The notes beneath the pieces are model-generated. The model was not told the origin of the DNA and did no database searches. It saw nothing but the letters and a program-made list of their open reading frames with translations. A program made the position numbers and the translations under genes. Below are positions 6,682 through 14,721 of a DNA stretch of 33,239 nt, piece after piece (position 1 is the stretch's first letter; each line of letters starts with the position of its first letter). The DNA is from a virus. Taxonomy: Duplodnaviria; Caudoviricetes. Where the stretch lies: IMG/VR virus record IMGVR_UViG_3300033067_000550, positions 1 through 33,239 of that record; one strand, 5' to 3'.

Positions 6682-9600
6682 CTATGGTTTCTGGTAGCCA
6701 AACACCAGGGCGCCGGGGTTCTGAGTTTCCCCTTCGCTCAGGGCCTCGGCACCGGAGATGGTGCGATTGATCTGCGCCGATGGCAGCGCGAACATGTCGC
6801 CCAGCACGTTGATTGCGGCCTTGCGGAACGGGTCGTCAAGTTCCCCCTGGCTTACCTGCTTGCCCAGCGTGTAGGTGTCGGAGATCATGCGGGTGCCAGC
6901 GGGGCCGCTGTAGTCGCGCGAGTGCTCGACCAACCCCATGGTGGACTTGGCGGCCTCGCCGAACTCGCGGGCTACAACCATCAAACCAAACAGAAACCCG
7001 ATCTGCTCGGCCAGCAGTTTCTTGAGGGCCGTGTCCCATTCGTCCCAATCCCCGGAATCACCCGGCGTCAGGGCGTCCTTGAGGATGGCACCCAGCACGG
7101 CTGGCACGGTGTAGAGCATCAGATAGTCGGCTGCCAGTTTGGCCTTTTTGGCGGGTGTGTCTGCCGTCATGGTCTTGGCCACGCCAGCGTTCAGGGCCGT
7201 GTTCATGAACGAATAGAACACGGTGAACAACTTTTGTGCAGGACCCCCGCGCTCGATGGCCGCAAGGTCCTTGGTCTGCCCGCCACCTTGCGCGTCGATC
7301 ACTGCCTGGTCAGCCAGCGCGATGGCACGGTCCTCGGCGTTGCCCTCGCTGATCGCTTTCTCGTAGGCACCCAGCCACGTGGGGGTGTCCACCATTTGCT
7401 GGCAGCGCATCATCAGGAAGTAGGCCGCGCTGCCCACGTGGGTGCGGATCGGGTGCTCGCCTTCCACCTGGTTGCGGATCTCGTTGAGTTCACGGAACCG
7501 GGTGCGCGAACGGTTCGCCATGAAATCAGACTTCGCGTTTACCTCGCGCGTCTTGGCGATCGGGCTGGCCACGTACTGCGCCATGCCCTTGCCGACCCAC
7601 TTGGCGCCCACGCGCACGATCGACTGGGTAATGCCCAGGGGTTGCATGGCCGCAGACATGACGTTAAAGCCCAGGCCCGCGATGCTGACCCCATGGCGCA
7701 GTCGACCCAGCGCGCTGTCCAGTTCGGCCTGCAAGCCCTGCTCGCCCGTTGCCACATCTCGCACCCAGGTCTTGAACTGGCGCACGACCTCGGGGCCATA
7801 GTGCTCACGGATGGCCGAGTCGATCTTGTCGCTTCGCAGGATCTTGTTGGCGTCGATCAGCCACTCGTGCCATGCCAGGTCATGGATCACGTCGTTGACG
7901 CCCGAATAGACGCCTTGCAGCGAGTACAGCAGGGGGCGCCCGTTGACCTCGGCCACCCGTGCCTTGGTGAAGCCCCGGCGCGTTGTGGCCGAGGTGTAGG
8001 CGCCTTGCAGTTGCCGCTTGGCCGCCTCGGCGTCGTTGTGCTGCTCGGCGCGGTTGCTGGCCAGGGGGTCGTACTTGATGGGGTAGTACCCGCCGCGCAT
8101 GTTGACCGTCACGCCATCGGCGGACGGGATCGCAAACGGCAGGGCCTCGACCCACTCGGGCTCTTTGCCGTAGATCCTTTTCTCCTTGGCACCGATCAAG
8201 GGCCGGTAACTCTCGAAGTGATCCCAGACCGCTTGCACGGTGGTCCAGTCGGACGCGCTCAGGGTCTGCACCACGGGCATCACTTGCTGGATGGTCCAGC
8301 CTTCCCCGCCCAGCATGCGCTGGATGTTGGACTCGTTGCCCATGTTCAAGGCCATGGCGATCACCTGCTCGCGGTTCATCGAGCGTTTGATCGAGGCGAA
8401 GTACTGGCCCTTGCCGTGCATCTTGCCGCCCTTGAGGACCGGCTCCAGGATGTCGTACAGCTTTTGGGTGGCCTCGGCGCGCATGGTGGTCTCCATGTCG
8501 CCCCGGTCGTTAGCCGTGCGGATCAGGTATTCCCACACCGGGCCGCCGTCGATCCCGCCATCGAGCACGCGCGCATAGGTCGCCGCCTTGATGTGCGCAG
8601 CGCCAAAGTCCCGCATGGCCTTGAGCGAGCGGCCCAGGGCGTCGGCGGGCGTGCGGGTGTTGGCCTTGCGGTCACCGGCATGCAGCACGATCGAGTCGTG
8701 GATCTCGTCGCGCACCTCGGCGAACTCGCGGGCCGCTTTGGCGGTCAGCAGTTTGTTCTTGTTGCGCCCCAGCTTCTCGATCTGGCGCACCGTGTCGCGC
8801 AGGCCGCGCAACTCTTCGACGGTCATGTCCTTGTAGGACTTGCGCAGTGCTTCGTTCAGCAGCTCGGGCGGGATGTCGGGCTCCATGCCTTGCTCGCGTT
8901 GCGACTCGACCCACTCCACCAGGGTCTTGCGCTTGTCGATCGCCTTGAGGCTGGCAGGAGCCAGGTCAAAGCGCACCAGCAGGGCGTCGATCTGGTCCAT
9001 GTACTCGGCGTCGATGCCCTTGGGCCGCTTCTCGTCGAACTTGCGCAGGTATTTGACGGTCTTGTCCATCTCATCCTGCGCGTTCATCGTAGCCTTGGCC
9101 GCCTGCAGGTTGATGATCTGGTGGCGCTTCTCGGCCAGGGCGTCCTCGGTCTTGCCGGCCAACATGGCTTTCTCGGCTGCGCGTGCCGCACGGGCCTCGG
9201 CTGCGGTGTACTGACCAGGGCGCAGATCGCGCACCTTGGTGCGGGCGACGATGGCCTCGGCCTGCTGACGCGCCACTGTTGCCAGCACGTCCACGGTTGA
9301 CTTGCCCGTGGCGCCAGGCGCGCGCACCCGCATGCCTGTCTCCAGGGCCCTGATCTCGGTGGCCACGAAGCGCGCCCGGGCCTCGTTGTGGATGGCGCGG
9401 TCGGCGGCCTTGTACAGACCTTCGGGCGTGCCCAGGTCGCCAAAGCGCTCGAGCATGCGCTGGTCTGTCATGCCCTCGATCACACTGGCCGGGGGCTCGG
9501 CGTCCAGGATGGCCCGCACCATCTCGTCACCGGACGAGAAGCCGAAAGTCTCGGCGACCACGTCGGGGTGGATGCCCCGCGCTTCGCTGGTCATCTTCAA

Positions 9601-12600
9601 CGCCTGCAACTTGGCCAGGGGGCCGCCCTCCTTGGTGCCGTACTGCTCGGCCAGGGTGCCGGTGCTCAGCTTGCCGAAGTTGATGAACTCGGGCAGGGGC
9701 TCCACCGGGGCGCCGTCCTCGGGCCTTTGGTATGCGTGCCAGGTCGAGTACACGGGCGAGCCCCGGCGCTCGGAGTCGAAGGCCTCGAACAGGGCATTGA
9801 CATCGTGCGTGCCGTTCTCATCGGGCAGAAGGTAACCGACCTCGGTCAAGCGGACCGCCATGTCGTCGACCGACAGGCCGCCCGTCTTGCGCAGCACCGG
9901 GGCACCGAACACGCCCGACTCGATTTTCTCCTTGGGGTCCACGCCCCACAAGCTGACGGCTTCGTCCTTGCTCAAACCGCCCAGTTTGGCGATGGCCTTA
10001 AACAGGGAGTCCTCGACAACGTCCAGGGCCTTGGGGTCCTGCTTGACCTTGGCATCGGGTTGCGCGGTCTCTTGTGCGTCACCCTTGCCGGTCAGGAACT
10101 GCCAAGCACGGTAAACGGGCTGGCTCATCACCTCGGCGCGCACCTCCTTGCGCACGCCACTGCGCAGGGTCTTGTACTGTGCCTGCAACTCCTTGAGCTT
10201 CTTGTCCTTGGCATTGGCCAGCCAGCGCATATCCCGCAGGCCACGGGCCTGCAGTTCGTTGACGGCTGACTGCGTGGCGTCGGTGGCCAGGGCATGGTAG
10301 GCCGCGAACTCATCGAGCGACATGCCCGCCTCTTCGGCGGTTTTGAACAAGGGGCCCATGCGCCGGGCTGCCTCGGCCTCTTGGATGGCCTCGGTACTGG
10401 CCAGCATGCGGTCCATCACGCCGCGCACGTCGTCGGTCAGGGTGACGTTCAGGGCTTTGAGTTCCTTGTAAACCGACACCAGCCAGGCGCGGAACTTCTG
10501 GAACATGCTTTGCAGTTCGATGCTGGGCGCACTGCCCTCGAACATGTACGCCTCAAAGCCCCGGGCGAACTGCTCATGGTGGATGCGCTTTTCTTCCAGC
10601 GTCATCGTGTGCCAGATGTCCAGCGCACTCAGGCCCATGTCGCCCTTGACGCCGAACCAGGCGAGCAGCTTGTCCATGTCGGCCACGATCTCGCGCTCGC
10701 CATCCGTCACGCTGGCGCCGGCGTCGATCTGCCCCTGGATGCGCGCAGCCAGGTCGGCCTGCACCTCCAGGAAGAAGTGGCCCGACTCGTGGATAAACGT
10801 GCTCAGGTCCGCGCCCTTGAACAGGCTGATGATTGCGGGGGACTTGGTCAGGTCCTCGGGCAGGGTGATGCTGCCTCGGGCTTGCTGGTTGAGGATGCTG
10901 GGGTTTGTTGGGTCAAACTCGCCGCTGTTGCCGATGGCGGATTTGATTTGGGTGGGGTCCAGCGCAACCCACGCGGTTTGTTGATCTTCCCCCTCGACAC
11001 CCACACCAGCTTCAACAGTCAGGGCGCCGTCGTAGCCCGCTGCGCGCATCGCCGCCACCAAAGCCTCGCCAGCGTCGTCGTCGAACTCCGCCCATGCCAT
11101 ATCGGCCTTGCGATGGCGAAGCCGTGCAGCCTGCTCGTCGGGTAGCCCCGCCGCGACCAGTTCAGCGATCACGTCATCGGGGAACCCCTCATCGAGATAG
11201 AGCGGGTTTTCGATCTTGAGATATGCCGGCATTACGTTCGCGTTGCCCTTACCGGCTTGCTTTGCAAACGTCGCTGCAAACTCAGGGGTCTCCGCAAAGA
11301 AAATGCCGTGCCTGACGACCGTTTCCTCGTCACCGAACATTGTCGTGACATTGCCTTCGCGCACTGGCGCGAAGCTGTCAAAGTTCGCGCGTGTGCCGTG
11401 ATAGACGACAAGCGGGCGCAGCTCGTTGCGGCGCTGCTTTGACGATATTGCGCGCTCAGTGGCGGCCGAATCACCGAACCACACCCAGAAGTTGCGCACC
11501 CCCTCCTCGGTCGCCGCGATGGGCTGGCCGTTTGAATTGGTGGTCGGGCGCTGCTTGCCGTCGATCTCGATGGTTTCGGGGAGGGCTTGCTGGGCAAGCG
11601 TCGCACCCTGAGAGCCAGGTGCGGTTTGTTCATTGGGCAGGTCCGCCGCGTCCCAATAGAGCTTGTTGGATACGGTCAGGAGCCGGTAATCCTCTTCGGG
11701 CAATCCAACCGCGTCAAGATGCGCACTCCTGTCTGCGAAAAACTTGTCCCGCATCTTCTTGATCGTCATGCGGGGGGACACGGGACGCGCGGTTTCCGTT
11801 CGCAGCAGCGGCTCGCTATCCGACCCTTGGCCAATGACTTCGCCTTTGACAAGGTACGCGTAATCCGCGCCAGTCTCAAAGTCCGTCGCCACCGATATAC
11901 CGCCCTCATCCTCGCCGGTAGCGTGGTTCGTAGAGCCCTTGTGTGTTCCGGCTTTGAGGTGGTCGTAATCTGCTTTACTGTCGTGGACCCGCAGGAAAAC
12001 GTCGTCCCCGTAGGGCCAGCCAAAGCGGGCAATCGCGCGGAACATGCGGGCGCGGACGAAACCCTTATCCCTGGCAATCGCGGGGTGAGCATCTAGCACC
12101 GCTTGCCCGTCGTCCCGGATTCGGAGCGCCATGAACCGCTGACCTTCGACCGGCTGGACGAGGATAGGCACCCGGCTGCCGTTGATGCTGTCAGGAATCT
12201 TTCTCAAAGGTGCGCGACTGCCTTGAGAGTCGGGTGCGGTTTGTTCAGGGAAGTACACGAACTCCGTAGCGTCGTTACCCATCAGCAGATCGTGGACCTT
12301 GACTGTTTGGCTGACGATCTTGGCGGACTTATCCCGGGCTTTGACGTTCCTCAGTTCCGTGGCCAGGGTCTTCTTGCTTACTGCGACAAAGTCGTCCGGG
12401 CGAATGGCGTCCCCGATCGTTGCACGGTAGATCGTCACTTCATCGTCGGGGCCAAGGTTCGCGAGGGCGGGGTTGCTTTCTCGGATACGTTGCCAGCTTG
12501 GCCCGGTCGTAGACAGCTTGCTCAGGCGATTGTCTTCGCTGAACTTGCTGGAGGTAGTGGCAGCTTTCCCTTGATCCGCGCCCGTGCGCTGCTCACCGTT

Positions 12601-14721
12601 GGGGCCGGGCTTGGTGGATTCCGGCACGGTCGCATCATAGCCTTGATGAAGCACCTTGCCCGGTGCTTGCCGGTACATGCTTTCACTGGTGCTGAATGCG
12701 CGGTTCTTGCCCTTGTTCTCCACGAAGCCCTGGGTCTTGTAGAACTTGGTCAGCCGCGCCTTGTTGCCCCCGAAGTCTCCGGAAGGACTCAGCACAACGT
12801 GCTTACCGGTTTGGTCCGCGTAGGCCAGTAACGCCCGCATGGCGGCCGTGCCCTTGCCCGCACCCCGGTCGCTTTCAGGCACCACGATTTTCGACACAGT
12901 GATCCGGTCCCCGGTCTCCTGGATAGCGTGGTCAATGCCTGCATCCGTCCACTGCTGGCGCACGTCGTCCAGGGTGCCGCCCTGGTCCAGTTGCTGCCCG
13001 CCCTGTACCTCCTTAGCCTGCACTTGCAGCCCGTACCGCTGCGCCAACTCCTGCGGGCTGATACCCAGCTTGGCAGCCGTCACGCTGTAGAAGTTGGCCA
13101 GCAGGGTCGCATACTGGTTGTTCACGTCGGAGGTGAACCGCTTGGCCTGGTCCAGCTGTGTCTTGAACTCGGCGCGCAGGTCGTCGCGCATCTTCTGCCA
13201 CGTCTGATCCTGCTCACGCTCGGCGAGCACCTTGTCGATGTCTTGGCGCAGTTGGTCGCCCTTGGCCTGCATGTACTCGCGCGCCTCGGTCGGGCTCATG
13301 GCCTCGGGCGTCGTGCGTGCGTTGTCGATCAGCGACTGCATGAACTCGTTGCCCGGCCCTGCGGTCAGCAACTCCTGCGTGGGGATCACCACGTCCCCGC
13401 CCGTGGCCATGGCCTGCGTGATTTGCTCGGCCACGCTGGGCAGGGCCATGGCCACTGCGTTCAGGTCCGCGGACTTGGCCAGTGCGTTGGCGTCCACGTA
13501 CAGGTGGGGCACGCCCTCATCAACCACGGACTGCATGAACTGGGCGAACTGGGCCGGGTCGCGTTCGCGCACCTTGCTGGCCTCGGCCAGCTTGGACAAT
13601 TCGCCCAGCACCTGGGCGCGGGCCTCGGCTTGCTGCGCCGTGCGCTGCGTGCCTGCTGCGTTGTCGGCCGCCTTTTGCAGGGCAGTGGTCAGCGTGACGT
13701 TGCCGCCCACGCCGATCAAGGTGGCGATCAGGGTCTGCGCTGCAGCACTGGGCCGCTCGGCCAGGTAGTCGCTGAACGCCTTCTCGGGGTGCAACACCGC
13801 CCACTCGTTCATGTCCTGCAGCACAGTGGCCACCTGCTCGCCGGGGATCTCCAGGGCGGCGTTGTGCATCAGGGACTTGATCAGCGGGGCCCCGTCCTTC
13901 ACGTCCCCGATCAGTTTGGACAGTGGCAGCTTTTCCGTCGCGTACTCGATGGCCGCCTGGCTTGCGCCGAACTGCAACGCGGTCCACTGGTCGACGCCCT
14001 TCTCGCGCGCATCCTGGTAGGACTGCCCGCCTGTTTGCGCCGACATCATGGACAGGGCGGCAGGCTGACCACCGGGCAAGAAAGCCAGGGGCAAACTGAG
14101 CATGTTCTGGGCGAAGGACTGCACGCCACTGGACACCCCGCCCCCAACCACGTCCTTTTGCGCAGGGCTCAGTGCTTCCGCGCCGGCCTTGGCCTGCGCA
14201 CCCTGCAGGGCAAAGCCCTCGGACAGTCGGCGCAGCGGGTTGCCGCCCATGCCGGTGAACTGCTCCAGGAAGTCAAACGGCACGGCGGCTGCTTCGGTCG
14301 CTGCTTGGAACACACCGGCCGCGCCTCGGCTCGCCTGATACGCGCCCGCGCCAATGTCGCCCATCAGGGTGTTCTTGGCATCAGGATGGGAAAACAGGTA
14401 CTTCGCCCAGCGTTCCAGCCCGCTCATGTTGTCCACGTCGTCGTGGGCAATGGCGGCCGTGTTGGGGTTCGCCAGCACGTTCGCGGTCTTGGGGTACCGA
14501 TTGGCCAGGGTGTCGTAGTCCAGGGCATCGAGGCGGGCTTGGCGCTCGATCTCGGACTGGCGCAGGCGCACCGCGTCCACCGGCATGCCGTACGTCTTGG
14601 CGAGGCCCTGCAGTTTGGCCTCGGTGTCGGGCTGCTTGTCGACCGCGTCCATCATGCTGACCCGCACCCGCTGGGCGGTGTCGTTTTGGATCAGGCTGTC
14701 GTAGGCGTTTTGTTCAGGCAT
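6682..14721 (-). CDS. Large polyvalent internal virion (ejection) protein, 2679 aa, with GNAT-like, ART-like and HExxH metallopeptidase domains
   Basis: Position after the transglycosylase ejection protein; VVPESDRGAGKGT...FYKTQGF (GNAT); NFW.WFGDS...PLVVYHGT...GIFF...MPAYL.IENPL...GYDG...PTQIKSAIGNSGEFD (ART-PolyVal-like); ADLSTFIHESGHFF...HEQFARGFE (zincin, HESGH at 10777-10791). Confidence 0.85.
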   Translation of the reverse strand: MPEQNAYDSLIQNDTAQRVRVSMMDAVDKQPDTEAKLQGLAKTYGMPVDAVRLRQSEIERQARLDALDYDTLANRYPKTANVLANPNTAAIAHDDVDNMSGLERWAKYLFSHPDAKNTLMGDIGAGAYQASRGAAGVFQAATEAAAVPFDFLEQFTGMGGNPLRRLSEGFALQGAQAKAGAEALSPAQKDVVGGGVSSGVQSFAQNMLSLPLAFLPGGQPAALSMMSAQTGGQSYQDAREKGVDQWTALQFGASQAAIEYATEKLPLSKLIGDVKDGAPLIKSLMHNAALEIPGEQVATVLQDMNEWAVLHPEKAFSDYLAERPSAAAQTLIATLIGVGGNVTLTTALQKAADNAAGTQRTAQQAEARAQVLGELSKLAEASKVRERDPAQFAQFMQSVVDEGVPHLYVDANALAKSADLNAVAMALPSVAEQITQAMATGGDVVIPTQELLTAGPGNEFMQSLIDNARTTPEAMSPTEAREYMQAKGDQLRQDIDKVLAEREQDQTWQKMRDDLRAEFKTQLDQAKRFTSDVNNQYATLLANFYSVTAAKLGISPQELAQRYGLQVQAKEVQGGQQLDQGGTLDDVRQQWTDAGIDHAIQETGDRITVSKIVVPESDRGAGKGTAAMRALLAYADQTGKHVVLSPSGDFGGNKARLTKFYKTQGFVENKGKNRAFSTSESMYRQAPGKVLHQGYDATVPESTKPGPNGEQRTGADQGKAATTSSKFSEDNRLSKLSTTGPSWQRIRESNPALANLGPDDEVTIYRATIGDAIRPDDFVAVSKKTLATELRNVKARDKSAKIVSQTVKVHDLLMGNDATEFVYFPEQTAPDSQGSRAPLRKIPDSINGSRVPILVQPVEGQRFMALRIRDDGQAVLDAHPAIARDKGFVRARMFRAIARFGWPYGDDVFLRVHDSKADYDHLKAGTHKGSTNHATGEDEGGISVATDFETGADYAYLVKGEVIGQGSDSEPLLRTETARPVSPRMTIKKMRDKFFADRSAHLDAVGLPEEDYRLLTVSNKLYWDAADLPNEQTAPGSQGATLAQQALPETIEIDGKQRPTTNSNGQPIAATEEGVRNFWVWFGDSAATERAISSKQRRNELRPLVVYHGTRANFDSFAPVREGNVTTMFGDEETVVRHGIFFAETPEFAATFAKQAGKGNANVMPAYLKIENPLYLDEGFPDDVIAELVAAGLPDEQAARLRHRKADMAWAEFDDDAGEALVAAMRAAGYDGALTVEAGVGVEGEDQQTAWVALDPTQIKSAIGNSGEFDPTNPSILNQQARGSITLPEDLTKSPAIISLFKGADLSTFIHESGHFFLEVQADLAARIQGQIDAGASVTDGEREIVADMDKLLAWFGVKGDMGLSALDIWHTMTLEEKRIHHEQFARGFEAYMFEGSAPSIELQSMFQKFRAWLVSVYKELKALNVTLTDDVRGVMDRMLASTEAIQEAEAARRMGPLFKTAEEAGMSLDEFAAYHALATDATQSAVNELQARGLRDMRWLANAKDKKLKELQAQYKTLRSGVRKEVRAEVMSQPVYRAWQFLTGKGDAQETAQPDAKVKQDPKALDVVEDSLFKAIAKLGGLSKDEAVSLWGVDPKEKIESGVFGAPVLRKTGGLSVDDMAVRLTEVGYLLPDENGTHDVNALFEAFDSERRGSPVYSTWHAYQRPEDGAPVEPLPEFINFGKLSTGTLAEQYGTKEGGPLAKLQALKMTSEARGIHPDVVAETFGFSSGDEMVRAILDAEPPASVIEGMTDQRMLERFGDLGTPEGLYKAADRAIHNEARARFVATEIRALETGMRVRAPGATGKSTVDVLATVARQQAEAIVARTKVRDLRPGQYTAAEARAARAAEKAMLAGKTEDALAEKRHQIINLQAAKATMNAQDEMDKTVKYLRKFDEKRPKGIDAEYMDQIDALLVRFDLAPASLKAIDKRKTLVEWVESQREQGMEPDIPPELLNEALRKSYKDMTVEELRGLRDTVRQIEKLGRNKNKLLTAKAAREFAEVRDEIHDSIVLHAGDRKANTRTPADALGRSLKAMRDFGAAHIKAATYARVLDGGIDGGPVWEYLIRTANDRGDMETTMRAEATQKLYDILEPVLKGGKMHGKGQYFASIKRSMNREQVIAMALNMGNESNIQRMLGGEGWTIQQVMPVVQTLSASDWTTVQAVWDHFESYRPLIGAKEKRIYGKEPEWVEALPFAIPSADGVTVNMRGGYYPIKYDPLASNRAEQHNDAEAAKRQLQGAYTSATTRRGFTKARVAEVNGRPLLYSLQGVYSGVNDVIHDLAWHEWLIDANKILRSDKIDSAIREHYGPEVVRQFKTWVRDVATGEQGLQAELDSALGRLRHGVSIAGLGFNVMSAAMQPLGITQSIVRVGAKWVGKGMAQYVASPIAKTREVNAKSDFMANRSRTRFRELNEIRNQVEGEHPIRTHVGSAAYFLMMRCQQMVDTPTWLGAYEKAISEGNAEDRAIALADQAVIDAQGGGQTKDLAAIERGGPAQKLFTVFYSFMNTALNAGVAKTMTADTPAKKAKLAADYLMLYTVPAVLGAILKDALTPGDSGDWDEWDTALKKLLAEQIGFLFGLMVVAREFGEAAKSTMGLVEHSRDYSGPAGTRMISDTYTLGKQVSQGELDDPFRKAAINVLGDMFALPSAQINRTISGAEALSEGETQNPGALVFGYQKP
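11606..11632. repeat. 27-bp imperfect direct repeat, copy 1 (encodes EQTAPGSQG)
   Basis: 24/27 identical to 12221..12247, with an exact 15-bp core GGTGCGGTTTGTTCA. Confidence 0.85.
12221..12247. repeat. 27-bp imperfect direct repeat, copy 2 (encodes EQTAPDSQG)
   Basis: 615 bp (205 codons) from copy 1, same reading frame. Confidence 0.85.

Noticed and set aside
4257-6700. BPP-1-type diversity-generating retroelement
   Set aside because: No reverse transcriptase motifs and no adenine-variant repeat pair seen in the window.
10885-12990. Intein or group I intron as the source of the inserts
   Set aside because: No C/S...HN-C/S/T splice junctions, no LAGLIDADG motif, and the frame is uninterrupted.
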